A program made the position numbers and the translations under genes. 64,000 bases of DNA from a virus (Duplodnaviria; Caudoviricetes), in the IMG/VR virus record IMGVR_UViG_3300043821_000026, positions 32,001 through 96,000 of that record; one strand, written 5' to 3'. This document shows, piece by piece, positions 1 to 11,059 of the stretch (position 1 is its first letter; the number at the start of each line of letters is the position of its first letter). The notes under the pieces are model-generated. The model made no database searches, was not told the DNA's origin, and was given only the letters and a program-made list of their open reading frames with translations.

Positions 1-1
1 A

Positions 2-3000
2 CCTGCTGGAAAGATTAGTATAATGTTACATCAATATACAAATTCCACTTTAACAACATGGGATAAGGGTATAGAGATTGATACAATTGATGTAGAAGAA
101 GTTGGATATAATAATATATACTTTACAATACCAGAAAATGTTAGTGAAAATAAATTTTTCTTAACTGCTGAATATGAAGGAAATGAATATATCGCAGATA
201 CCTATTATGAAAATGCAGGAGATAATAAATTTGCTTTAAATTTAGCTCAAGTTAAAACTATTATTAATTTACCAGAAAAGCAAGTAGCATTAGGTAATAA
301 AACACATATACCAATTACATTAAGCCCAGAAGATAATGATATCATTAATGAAGGAACTATTAAGCTATATATAAGTACTGATTATTCATCTTATGCAAAT
401 GATATATTTATTGGAGAAAAAAATGTTGTTAATAATGAAGTAATTTTTGATTACACAGTTCCAGCTGATTTATATATAAAAGATAAACAATATATACTAA
501 AGGCAAAATATAATGGAATTAATTATGTAGCTACAGATGTAGCAAAAAATATTAAAATTATTGAAGGATTAGAAGAAATATATGTATCTAATAAAAATGG
601 TGATGATATAAATAATGATGGTTCTGAAGGTAAACCATTTGCAACTATATCAAATGCTTTATCTTGTTTAAAAAATAAAGGAACTATTTATATTAAAAAT
701 GGCGTATATGAAACAGAAGATATTAATTTCAATAAAGATGTAACTATTATTGGGGAAAATGATGTTATTATCAAAGGTAAAAATAAACAAGAAATAACTT
801 TTAATGTTCTAGAAGGATTTGATGTAAGATTAAAATCTTTATATTTTGACCAAATAGATATGAAATATTATTTTATTATCAGCGGAGATAAATTAGGACA
901 AAATAAAGGAGCTTTAACATTTAATGAGTGTTTATTAGATAAAATGGTTACCATACATAATCTAAATGGTTTCTTAACTATAAATAAATCAGCAATATTA
1001 GGAACAATTGAAGCAACAACTGGTACAAATGATTTAAATAATAATTGGTGGGGAACTAATACTCCTGATACTTCTTTAAATTTAGATAATTGGGTTACAG
1101 CTAAATTAAGTACATCATTAAATACTTATCCAACAGTTGGAGATACTTTTGATATCAATGTTGACTTTGTCAACGCTAATAGTGAAGATATATATATACC
1201 AAGAAGAGTTTCATTTACTTCACCATATGGTGAGTTCTCAATATATAGTGGAATGATAGTAAACAATCATATTTCAACAGAGTATTCAAATACTACAAGT
1301 ACCTGTGAAGTAAATGCTATAGTTGATAATGAAGTATTAAAATTATCAATCGAAGATTATATTAAAAACATAGAGATTAAGTTACAAAATATTGAAACAC
1401 CAATTGGGTATAATACACCAATAAAGGCTATGGTAATAAATACAGCAAATAAACTTATTGATTATGGTAGAGTTGAATTTTATTTAGATAGCAATCTTAT
1501 TAGAAATATTAACGTTGTAGATGGTATAGCTCAATTCCAATTATTTATAGATAGTCGTTTTAATCTTAATCAAATATATCAAATTACAGCTAAATATTAT
1601 GATGATAAAGATAGATATAATTCATCAACTGTTTCTAATTTAAAAGTAATAGAAGATAAAGATATTTGTTTTGTAGATACAGTTAAAATTTCTGGAGATG
1701 GGTCTTTTAGAAAACCATTTAATAGTGTTAAATTAGCATTAAAATCAGATAATAAAATAATATACATTAAGTCAGGTATATATAATGAAAAAGACTGGCT
1801 TATTGATAAAGATGTTACTATTAAAGCATATGACGACCCAGTTGTATTTAATAAAGGAAGTAAAATTTTCTCAACTGGTATTAATAAAAATATCATCATA
1901 GAAGGAATTGAATTTAGTGATTATGATTCAACTAATAGCATTGATAAAAGTTTAATATATAACAATGGTAATTTAACTTTAAAAGAAGTTATTATAGATA
2001 ATAATAAAGCCCAAGATAATATTATACAAAATGATGGAGTTTTAAATATAGTTAACTCTGCTATTGTTAAAAATACTGGATACGTCCTAAACAATGAAGG
2101 TACAGCTACACTTGATTATAATTGGTGGGGAGTTAATAATCCTGACTTTAGTTTATTACTTAAGAATGGAACTGTTAAATATTGGATTACAATGACATTT
2201 AATAGCTCTATATCCCCAATTAAGATAAATGACGTTACATTATTAACTGCTGCACTATCTAAATACACAGATGGTTCAAAAATTTATGATTTAGAAAATA
2301 CGAATATTCCTTCAAGAAAAGGTATCTTTAAAATCGATTCATATAAAGATTATGTTGATGTATTTAAATATGGTTCATTAACACCTTTAATTGATTATAC
2401 AGATTTAAACAATGAAGCAAAAAGCTTATACAACAGTATAGAGTTACCAAATTCATTAAAGGTATATTTAACATTAAATAAAAATACTAATTATTATAAT
2501 GATAATAAATTAGTGTTATCTTGTAATGTTTTAGATGGATACAATGAAAACGTAACAAGAGGAGAGGTTGAATTTGTAATAGATGGAGATGTTGCTGGTA
2601 GTGTTAATGTTAATAATGGTTTAGCGACATTAACAATATCTAATAATCTTAATTTATCATTAGGAGCGCATAATATAGAATGTATATTTAGTGATACTAT
2701 ATTAAGCCCAGCTTCTATTAAAGGAACATTTAATATTCAATTATTACCTATTATAATTCAAAATGAAGATATAATACCTTCAATTTATGATTTAACATAT
2801 AAAGCAAACGCTGTTGATAATAATGGTAATATTATATCCGATGAACAAATATTCTTTTATATAGATGATGAAGAGATAACTTCAACAAGTGATGATAGTA
2901 GTGATTATATTATAAAAGATGGTGTTATTAATTATACATTATCATATAATAAAAAAATAGCAGGAACACATAAACTTACTATAAAGGTAAATCCTAAAAA

Positions 3001-6000
3001 CACATATGACAAATTAGATTATACAACAGTATTTAATATACCTTTAAGCCCAACACATATAAGATATAAAGATACTTTATTATCAGAAATATTCGTTCCT
3101 ATTAACTCTACTGATAATATATTTAAAATAACTGACGAAAAAGGTATGTTAGTTAATGATGGATATATTAATGTATATAAAGATGATATTAAATTAAATG
3201 ATAATACAATTAAAATAACTGATGGTATGGTTAATATTGATGGAGTTACAAGTAATAAAGGAAGCTATACTATTACATTTGTTTATGATACAGATGGTAA
3301 GTATTACGCTTCAAATATTACAGCATTTACATTAAATGTTGGTGTTTACAATGTTGATATTAATATTGATAACATAAATTGTCAATATCTTGATAATGTG
3401 TCAATTAAAGGAAATATTTATGATAAAGATGGTGAAAAAGTTTCTAAAGGATTGTTAGATATTTATAAAGTAGATATTAATAATAATAATGAAGAGTTAA
3501 TCGCAGAAAACCTTCAATGTATTGATGGTAATTTTAATTATAACTATAATGTATTACTGAATGCAGGAATATATCATTTAAAACTTATTTATAAAAATAT
3601 TGAAGGAAGTAATGATTACGCTATTACTTCAAAAGTTATATCAATAACTGTATATCCTAGAGATGTTAGTTTTAATAAAAACAATGTTATCAACACAATT
3701 TCTAATACTTTATTATCTAATGAGCAATTCGATATCACAACTACAAAAGGTGTTCTTAATGAAGGAGTAGTTATAGCATCTATTAAAAATGGAGATAAGT
3801 ATGAACAAATTAGTGTATCTAATCTTGGAGTTAATAATGTTGTAAATAATATAGCAACATTAAATTTACAAATACCAGTTTTAGAAGTTGGTACATATCT
3901 TATTAGATTAGAATATATTAATAATAATCATTATGGAAAATCAAATGGAACTAGTATATCAGATAATGTATATGAGGATATTAAATTAAATATTACACCA
4001 AATTATACAAATATAGAATTACAACATATAAGATATGAAAAATTAACAAATAGTGTTGATGATACTGTTTATTATCCTATCACAACTACATTTGAAGCTA
4101 TAGTAAAAGATTCTCAAAAAATACCTGTTAATGTTACAACAGGAAAGATTACAATTTTTGAAAACGGAAAACAAACACAAGAAAAAATACTTACAAATGG
4201 TATGTGTAGATTTGATATTACACCTACTATATTAGGAAATATTGAATTGATTGCAAAATATTCGGATGATACTGGATTATATTCACAATCAAGTATTACG
4301 AAAGATATATTAGTATCACCATTACCAGTTGATATAAGTGTAACTGATATATCAGCATATAACGGTGATATAATCAATATTCCATACACTATTGATTCAA
4401 ATTATGATATTAAATCAAATGGTGAATTAGATGTTGTTATAAATGGGCAAGTATTAACAACTTCATATATATCAAACGGTGCAGGAACTATAAGTTTTGA
4501 AGCACCATTATTGCCAATTAAGAATAATCAAGATACATCATATCCATTATCATTGGTATTGAAAAAATCTAAACTATATGCAGACAATATATACAATGAA
4601 CAATATATTGTTAAGCCTAAAATTATCGATATTATAATGAATGATATTACAGCATCAATATCTGATACAATATTAATAAATCCAACATTTGATAGAAATA
4701 TTACAGGAATTATATATATCTATATAAATAATAATTTTATTGGATTACAAAAAATAGATAATGCTGATAGTATTGAGTATAAATATATCTTACCTGATAA
4801 TATTGATTTAGCAAACAACATAATAACAATTAAATTTAGTGGTAATGAATATTATAAAGAAAGTAGTGAAAACTTTAATCTAAACATTGATAAAAAAACA
4901 AAAAATATTACACTAGAAAATATTAGTGCTAATGTTGGAGGTATTATTACATTCAACTCAACAACAGATTTACCAGATGGTAAAAGAGTTGATTTCTATA
5001 TAGGTGATTCCGCAGTAAGCGAAGGTATTGTTAAAGATGGCAAAGTTAGTGGTACATATACATTACCTTATGAATATAAAAAGAATGAATATATTATTAA
5101 AGCTGTATTTAATGGTTCTGCTGTATTATCAGCTATTCAAAATACTGCTGTATTAAATTTATCTGTTGTTGATATATTATCTGTCGAAACTAGTGGATTA
5201 GAATGTTATAAAGCTGGAAATTTATCTTTATTATCTAAAATTACTGATAAAAATAATCATGCTGTAACAAGTGGTTTTATTGTCTATATGATTAATGATA
5301 ATACATTAGGAACCGTACCAGCTGGTACAGAATTTAACACTACATTACCTAATACATTATTAGACGACTCATATACACTTACTATTAAATATACTACCGA
5401 AGATTCAGATGCTTCTAATTTATATAATAATTATAACACAACTGATACTTTAATATTAAATAAAAATCCATTTAAAATAACTACAAATGCTATTATTGGC
5501 AATATTGGAGATGATATATCATTTAATAATATTACTATACAACACCCAACAACTCAAGAACCAATTAATGGAAATATTGAATACCAAATATTAAATGGAA
5601 CAGAAATATTAGATAGTTTTACAACAACAGTTAGTAATAATATATTTTCTTTAGATTTTATTATACCTACTAATTTAGTACCTAATACATATAGTACACG
5701 ATTTTCATTAAGTAGTGATATTTTTGAAGCAATAACTGGTTCTAATAATTTAATTATTAAATCTATAGATACTGTTTATGTAGATAATACAACTACAACA
5801 AGTAAATTATATGGTACAGTTGATAATCCATTCAATAATATTAGTGATGGTATTAAATCAGTATCAAATAACGGTATTATAAATATTAAAGGAGCATATA
5901 ATACACCATTAACTATTGACAAAAACATCACAATGAATGGTACTGACTGCGTTATATCTGGAGATAATAATGCTCCTATTATAACAAATAACGCAATTGT

Positions 6001-6907
6001 AAGTTTAAATAATATTACATTAAAAGATAATAAAACTACTAATTTAAGTTCCGGAATTGTAAATAATTCCAACATTAATGTACAAAATTGTACATTTGAA
6101 AACTTAAATAGTAAATTTGGTGGAGCTATATATTCAAATAATATTATTAATGTACAAAATTGTACAATTAAAAATAATGTAGGAATAAGTGGTGGAGCTA
6201 TTTATTTAGGTAGACAATCCGTAACTTCACTAATATCTGATAATATATTTAGTAATAATACTGCACAAGATGGTGGAGCTATTTATTCATATAATGCAAA
6301 TAATATTGTAATTGAAAATAATACTTTTGATACTAATATTTGTAGTAATAATGGTGGAGCTATATATGTTAGTGGAAATGGTAATATAGTTAAAAATATA
6401 TTTAAATCTAATAGTACAACAGCATCAACCAGAAACGGTGGAGCTATTGCATTAACTGATGGTTCAATTAATGTAGAATATAATATATTTACTAATAATA
6501 CATATCATGATGGAGATAATATTATATATAATGGTATTGGTGATTTTAACCTATCTAATAATTACTTTGGTAGTAATTTAATTAAATCCGAAATAATGTT
6601 ATTAATTAATGGTTCAGTTAATTTAACAAATTGGGTTAAATGTAGTTATTCAATAAATCCAAATCCAATGATTATTAATAATGATAATGAAATTAATATT
6701 ATATTTAATTCATATGATGGAACTTCGACATCATCTTTGGTAAAATCATTACCTGATTATAATATAGACACTAATTGTACTAATGGTACAATAACTCCAA
6801 CTATTAATAAAATATCAAATAACAATTGCAGTATAATATATAATACTACAGATGTAATTAATTTAAGTATTAAAGTTGGAAACGAGGAAATTAAATTTGG
6901 AGAATAA
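2..6907 (+). CDS. Giant adhesin-like virion protein with Ig-like repeats and right-handed beta-helix (pectin-lyase-like) domains; 5'-partial
   Basis: Frame is open from position 2, upstream of the ATG at 23. Three YV..GS..(K/N)PF motifs, NWWG/NYFG beta-helix caps, GGAIY repeats and many G.V.F...G.A Ig-like repeats, as in Methanobacteriales adhesin-like proteins. Confidence 0.8.
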   Translation, partial: PAGKISIMLHQYTNSTLTTWDKGIEIDTIDVEEVGYNNIYFTIPENVSENKFFLTAEYEGNEYIADTYYENAGDNKFALNLAQVKTIINLPEKQVALGNKTHIPITLSPEDNDIINEGTIKLYISTDYSSYANDIFIGEKNVVNNEVIFDYTVPADLYIKDKQYILKAKYNGINYVATDVAKNIKIIEGLEEIYVSNKNGDDINNDGSEGKPFATISNALSCLKNKGTIYIKNGVYETEDINFNKDVTIIGENDVIIKGKNKQEITFNVLEGFDVRLKSLYFDQIDMKYYFIISGDKLGQNKGALTFNECLLDKMVTIHNLNGFLTINKSAILGTIEATTGTNDLNNNWWGTNTPDTSLNLDNWVTAKLSTSLNTYPTVGDTFDINVDFVNANSEDIYIPRRVSFTSPYGEFSIYSGMIVNNHISTEYSNTTSTCEVNAIVDNEVLKLSIEDYIKNIEIKLQNIETPIGYNTPIKAMVINTANKLIDYGRVEFYLDSNLIRNINVVDGIAQFQLFIDSRFNLNQIYQITAKYYDDKDRYNSSTVSNLKVIEDKDICFVDTVKISGDGSFRKPFNSVKLALKSDNKIIYIKSGIYNEKDWLIDKDVTIKAYDDPVVFNKGSKIFSTGINKNIIIEGIEFSDYDSTNSIDKSLIYNNGNLTLKEVIIDNNKAQDNIIQNDGVLNIVNSAIVKNTGYVLNNEGTATLDYNWWGVNNPDFSLLLKNGTVKYWITMTFNSSISPIKINDVTLLTAALSKYTDGSKIYDLENTNIPSRKGIFKIDSYKDYVDVFKYGSLTPLIDYTDLNNEAKSLYNSIELPNSLKVYLTLNKNTNYYNDNKLVLSCNVLDGYNENVTRGEVEFVIDGDVAGSVNVNNGLATLTISNNLNLSLGAHNIECIFSDTILSPASIKGTFNIQLLPIIIQNEDIIPSIYDLTYKANAVDNNGNIISDEQIFFYIDDEEITSTSDDSSDYIIKDGVINYTLSYNKKIAGTHKLTIKVNPKNTYDKLDYTTVFNIPLSPTHIRYKDTLLSEIFVPINSTDNIFKITDEKGMLVNDGYINVYKDDIKLNDNTIKITDGMVNIDGVTSNKGSYTITFVYDTDGKYYASNITAFTLNVGVYNVDINIDNINCQYLDNVSIKGNIYDKDGEKVSKGLLDIYKVDINNNNEELIAENLQCIDGNFNYNYNVLLNAGIYHLKLIYKNIEGSNDYAITSKVISITVYPRDVSFNKNNVINTISNTLLSNEQFDITTTKGVLNEGVVIASIKNGDKYEQISVSNLGVNNVVNNIATLNLQIPVLEVGTYLIRLEYINNNHYGKSNGTSISDNVYEDIKLNITPNYTNIELQHIRYEKLTNSVDDTVYYPITTTFEAIVKDSQKIPVNVTTGKITIFENGKQTQEKILTNGMCRFDITPTILGNIELIAKYSDDTGLYSQSSITKDILVSPLPVDISVTDISAYNGDIINIPYTIDSNYDIKSNGELDVVINGQVLTTSYISNGAGTISFEAPLLPIKNNQDTSYPLSLVLKKSKLYADNIYNEQYIVKPKIIDIIMNDITASISDTILINPTFDRNITGIIYIYINNNFIGLQKIDNADSIEYKYILPDNIDLANNIITIKFSGNEYYKESSENFNLNIDKKTKNITLENISANVGGIITFNSTTDLPDGKRVDFYIGDSAVSEGIVKDGKVSGTYTLPYEYKKNEYIIKAVFNGSAVLSAIQNTAVLNLSVVDILSVETSGLECYKAGNLSLLSKITDKNNHAVTSGFIVYMINDNTLGTVPAGTEFNTTLPNTLLDDSYTLTIKYTTEDSDASNLYNNYNTTDTLILNKNPFKITTNAIIGNIGDDISFNNITIQHPTTQEPINGNIEYQILNGTEILDSFTTTVSNNIFSLDFIIPTNLVPNTYSTRFSLSSDIFEAITGSNNLIIKSIDTVYVDNTTTTSKLYGTVDNPFNNISDGIKSVSNNGIINIKGAYNTPLTIDKNITMNGTDCVISGDNNAPIITNNAIVSLNNITLKDNKTTNLSSGIVNNSNINVQNCTFENLNSKFGGAIYSNNIINVQNCTIKNNVGISGGAIYLGRQSVTSLISDNIFSNNTAQDGGAIYSYNANNIVIENNTFDTNICSNNGGAIYVSGNGNIVKNIFKSNSTTASTRNGGAIALTDGSINVEYNIFTNNTYHDGDNIIYNGIGDFNLSNNYFGSNLIKSEIMLLINGSVNLTNWVKCSYSINPNPMIINNDNEINIIFNSYDGTSTSSLVKSLPDYNIDTNCTNGTITPTINKISNNNCSIIYNTTDVINLSIKVGNEEIKFGE

Positions 6908-6909
6908 AA

Positions 6910-8316
6910 ATGGCAGAAGAAAATATATCTTATCAATATATAGGTCAAATAAAAGCAACTATTGATGGTCAAGAAGAATCTATAGGTGTTGAAGATATAG
7001 TTAAAACACCTACAACAATTACTATGAATAATATCACACAAGTATATGGTAGAAATATTATATTAGATGCAATAGTTACTGATAATAAGAATATTGGCGT
7101 TAATATTGGAGAAGTATTGTTTGAAATTAAAAAAATTGATGAAGATGTGTCCCAATATAAAACATTAGGATATTCAACAAATAATGATAATGGAAAATTT
7201 ACATACAATATAGAGAATATATCATCTTATTATGAGGGTAGTTATAATATTAGAGCAACATATATTCAAAATAGATATTATAAAGAATCTACCATTACAG
7301 ATGTTGTTTTAAAAATTAAAAAATTAGATATTGAAATATTAATTAACGATACAAATAATGAATATAAAATAGAAAATAATATACTAAATAAATATGTTAA
7401 GCCAAATCATGTCGTTGATATTAGTTTTAACATAAATTTATTAGATAATGGAAATATTGTTGATTCTGACGTTAATAAAATAAGTAATGAAGAAATTAGT
7501 TTTATTATTGATGATGTTGAATATAAAACAAATATTATAGATAATATTGCGCAATATTCTTTTAATAGTAATGATATTGGAGATATTGATAAATTAGAAA
7601 CTATGATAGTTAAAGTATCATTTAAAGGAACTTCTCAATATATTTCTTGTAATAAAATTAGTTATATTAATACAAGTATGACAGAAAAATTGTTATTTGA
7701 TTATATTAATATAATAATAAGCCCACTTAATACTAATATAAAAATTAAAGATATTTATAGTAAATATAATCAACAAACATATATCGGTGCAAATATTATT
7801 GATGAAAATGCTGTTAATGTTAAATTTGGAAACGTTATATACACGATTACTAAAGATGTTGATATTATTACAGATGGAGTAACAACTACTCAAAAACAAA
7901 CTATAGAAACTGGAGAAGGAAAAGTACAAGATGGATATTTTTATGTAATTACATCTATTAAAGACGATATCACAAATACAGAACAGTCTGATATTATAGA
8001 ACTTCCTGATTTAATTCCAACTAAAATAGAATTAACTATATCTCCATCTACAACTGTATCAGCAAATAGTAATGTTGTATATACAGCTCATGTTTATAAT
8101 AGTGGTGATAATACTATAAATATAACCGAAGGTGTAGTGATATTTTTAATGGATGATATTATCCAAAAAACTGTAGAATTAAATGAAGATGGTATAGCTA
8201 CATATCAAGATACTTTAACAAGTAAGGCAACTCATAAAATTAAAGCTATTTATAAAGGTATTTTTGAATATAATAGTTCAGAAAGTGATGTACAAAATTT
8301 AACTGTAGGAGATTAA
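6910..8316 (+). CDS. Ig-like (Big_3-type) repeat structural protein
   Basis: Repeated G.V.F / G.ATY / I.A.Y.G..Y.SS Ig-like pattern; GGAG RBS; coupled to neighbours. Confidence 0.7.
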   Translation: MAEENISYQYIGQIKATIDGQEESIGVEDIVKTPTTITMNNITQVYGRNIILDAIVTDNKNIGVNIGEVLFEIKKIDEDVSQYKTLGYSTNNDNGKFTYNIENISSYYEGSYNIRATYIQNRYYKESTITDVVLKIKKLDIEILINDTNNEYKIENNILNKYVKPNHVVDISFNINLLDNGNIVDSDVNKISNEEISFIIDDVEYKTNIIDNIAQYSFNSNDIGDIDKLETMIVKVSFKGTSQYISCNKISYINTSMTEKLLFDYINIIISPLNTNIKIKDIYSKYNQQTYIGANIIDENAVNVKFGNVIYTITKDVDIITDGVTTTQKQTIETGEGKVQDGYFYVITSIKDDITNTEQSDIIELPDLIPTKIELTISPSTTVSANSNVVYTAHVYNSGDNTINITEGVVIFLMDDIIQKTVELNEDGIATYQDTLTSKATHKIKAIYKGIFEYNSSESDVQNLTVGD

Positions 8317-8320
8317 GTAT

Positions 8321-9331
8321 ATGGTAGAAGATTTAACTAATAATGAAAAGAAAATAGATATTAAAATTTTTAAAGACATGAAATCCCGTGTCAACAAATA
8401 TATAGAACAAGGCGGAAAACCAATTGATGAAAGAAGAATTTATTTAGATTATGACACAAAAGCAGAATATGTATTATATTACAAATATAAAAATATGCTT
8501 GTTAGATATAACGCATATGTACAAAAATATAAAAAAGAACCAGAAAGTTTACAAATATCAGTTAATGCTAGAGCTATTGATAGCTTAAGTATTAAAATAC
8601 CTGTAAGTACATTTTTAGATATGAAGGCTAGAGTTGATGCTTATACTGGAAAATTAAATGATACCACTCATGTATATCTTGATATGACAACAATGTATGA
8701 TTATATAAACTATTCAACATATAAATATATGTTATTTAAATACAATGCTTTTATAAAAAAATATGGTAGACAACCTAATTATATAACAACAGCAATAGAA
8801 TCTACACAACCAAATACTACAGTAACAACTAAAAATTGTTATTCAAGTCCTAGATGGTTCTCTGGTACAGAAATGCGCCAAAATACATTGTGGTATTGCG
8901 GAGTAAATATTACACAACAAATATTAAGAGAAATAACAGGTGTATATTATTCAGAATCTGTATTAGCTAAATATTTAGGAACTACTAAAAGTGGTACTGG
9001 TCCAGATATGATTATATCTGTATTAAAGAAAATTTTAACTAATAATGGATATACTGTAAAACGAGCTGAATGGTTATATAAAAGTGATATAAGCTGGGAT
9101 GAAATAGGTAAGGCTATAGAAAACCCTAAAGTAGGATTAGGACTTCATGATTTGTATAGAATGCGCTGGGGCCATTATGAATATCCTGTTAAGCTATGTA
9201 AATCATCAGAAGTCATTACAATAGCAAATAGTTTATCTGGTGGATATTTAGAGGCTAGAAGTTTTTCAACAATGTTAAAATATATAAATGGTCAATCAGG
9301 TAAATCTATTCTAATTGTCGAAGTAGAATAA
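8321..9331 (+). CDS. Endolysin: pseudomurein endoisopeptidase-like (pseudomurein-binding repeats + C39-like cysteine peptidase, PeiR-like)
   Basis: About four N-terminal PMBR-like repeats (FKDMKSRVNKYIEQGGKP; YKYMLFKYNAFIKKYGRQPNYI), a Thr-rich linker, then QNTLWYCG (Cys), WGHY (His) and IANSL. Confidence 0.8.
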   Translation: MVEDLTNNEKKIDIKIFKDMKSRVNKYIEQGGKPIDERRIYLDYDTKAEYVLYYKYKNMLVRYNAYVQKYKKEPESLQISVNARAIDSLSIKIPVSTFLDMKARVDAYTGKLNDTTHVYLDMTTMYDYINYSTYKYMLFKYNAFIKKYGRQPNYITTAIESTQPNTTVTTKNCYSSPRWFSGTEMRQNTLWYCGVNITQQILREITGVYYSESVLAKYLGTTKSGTGPDMIISVLKKILTNNGYTVKRAEWLYKSDISWDEIGKAIENPKVGLGLHDLYRMRWGHYEYPVKLCKSSEVITIANSLSGGYLEARSFSTMLKYINGQSGKSILIVEVE

Positions 9332-9340
9332 GTGATATAA

Positions 9341-10606
9341 ATGGCAGATGTAGCTAATAAACAGAAAATAAATTTAGGTACTGTTAAGGGGGATGATGGT
9401 AACATATACGTTCCTACCTTTGATGGTACAAGACTTAATTTTATTAAAAAACATAATCCACCTGAAGAAACAATTCAAGGTATGGATTTAAAAGGTCAAC
9501 AAGGAAATCAAGGTATTCAGGGTAACCCACCTGCTATTCATGGTACTTTAGATTCTCCATCTAAATTACCTACTTCTAATAATAAAGATGGTGATATTTA
9601 TTTAGTCAATGATGGGGTTACTCAAGGAATAGTATATCAATGGTATGAAAACGCATGGCATAATGTAGGTAATATTGTAGGACCACAAGGTGAACAAGGA
9701 CCTATGGGTACTAGTTATGCATTAGATAATTTATTTACATTGTCTGTAGATGATAACGGTGATTTGTATGTAATATATCCTACAGATAGTAAATTAACTG
9801 ATAAAAATTTTAGCTTCACTAAAGATGGCGATTTGTATTTTATATTAGACCCAGAAAATGGAGATTCCGCTACAAAATTATTTTTAGGTAACGCTAAAGG
9901 ACCTAAAGGTGATACTGGTATATCTATTAAAGCAGATAATTTTTATTATTTCACGATGGATTCAGATGGTAATTTATATGTTGTAGATGATAACGCTAAT
10001 GATTTTGGATACGACCCAGCAACAGGTAATTTGTATAAAAATTATACAGGAACTAATCCTATACTTATAGGAAATGTTCGTGGACCTAAAGGTGATACAG
10101 GAAATAGTTTAATTCATGCTGCAATTGTTACAGAATTACCAGACCCAAATTCGGCTGATATTAGTACTTTATATTTTATTAAAAATAGTGCTTCATCAGG
10201 AACAGACCAATATGATGAATATATTCTTGTTGATAATAACGGAACTAAAACATTTGAACAATTAGGAACTAAACAAATAGATTTGAGTAATTATTTTACT
10301 AAAACTGAAATAAATACTATGTTAGGTAGTTATTTATTAAAAACAGATAATATATCTGATAGTAAAATATTAGTTACTACAGAAAATTATGGTGCTGGAT
10401 TAACTCAAAACCAATTTAATGCTTTTGTATCTTCAGATATATTAACAGTTAAATCTACATTAACAAATAAAGCGAATAGTAGTGATGTTTATACAAAAAC
10501 ACAAGTAGATGCTATGTCTAGTGGTAAGGCTGATAAAACTGATGTATATTCTAAGGCTGAGATTGATGCTTTACTTGGTACAGCTAATGATATTATAACA
10601 GGGTGA
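9341..10606 (+). CDS. Tail fibre/adaptor protein with short collagen-like repeats (module 1 adaptor)
   Basis: GQQGNQGIQG, GPQGEQGP and GPKGDTG x2; DLSNYFTKTEI and KADKTDVYSKAEID fibre-shaft motifs. Confidence 0.7.
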   Translation: MADVANKQKINLGTVKGDDGNIYVPTFDGTRLNFIKKHNPPEETIQGMDLKGQQGNQGIQGNPPAIHGTLDSPSKLPTSNNKDGDIYLVNDGVTQGIVYQWYENAWHNVGNIVGPQGEQGPMGTSYALDNLFTLSVDDNGDLYVIYPTDSKLTDKNFSFTKDGDLYFILDPENGDSATKLFLGNAKGPKGDTGISIKADNFYYFTMDSDGNLYVVDDNANDFGYDPATGNLYKNYTGTNPILIGNVRGPKGDTGNSLIHAAIVTELPDPNSADISTLYFIKNSASSGTDQYDEYILVDNNGTKTFEQLGTKQIDLSNYFTKTEINTMLGSYLLKTDNISDSKILVTTENYGAGLTQNQFNAFVSSDILTVKSTLTNKANSSDVYTKTQVDAMSSGKADKTDVYSKAEIDALLGTANDIITG

Positions 10607-10612
10607 TTAATT

Positions 10613-11059
10613 ATGAGTTTAATGACTAATTTAACAACACTTAGAGAAACAATAGTAACAAACCTACAAAACAAGGGAATAACCGAAGCAAGTAATAGTA
10701 TGGGATTAACAACCTTAGCAAACAAGATTACAAGCATTAGTACTGGAGAAACATACACAATAAGCACAATTACACCTTTTACAACAACAGGATTCATTGA
10801 CGAACAAATTCCTATTACAATTACTGCAGTGGATAGTAAAAATAAACCTGCTGCTGTTAAAATTTATCTTAAAATTGATAATATTGTACAAGAAAAAACC
10901 GTGCAAACCTTAAAAAATGGTAGGGCTGTATTAAATTTTTCTTCAAATGTAGTAGGAGAACATACTATTCAAGCATTCATAAATGAAACAAGTGTTAGTT
11001 CTCCTATTACTATTACGTTAAGTAATCCTAATTATTATGTTAATCCTGCAGGGAAGTGA
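10613..11059 (+). CDS. N-terminal part of receptor-binding adhesin (docking motif + Ig-like domain), split from 11037..12821 by a +1 G
   Basis: Ends YYVNPAGK*; removing one G at 11051-11053 gives YYVNPAGSDSNAGTSSTAPFKT, a contiguous beta-helix start motif. Confidence 0.7.
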   Translation: MSLMTNLTTLRETIVTNLQNKGITEASNSMGLTTLANKITSISTGETYTISTITPFTTTGFIDEQIPITITAVDSKNKPAAVKIYLKIDNIVQEKTVQTLKNGRAVLNFSSNVVGEHTIQAFINETSVSSPITITLSNPNYYVNPAGK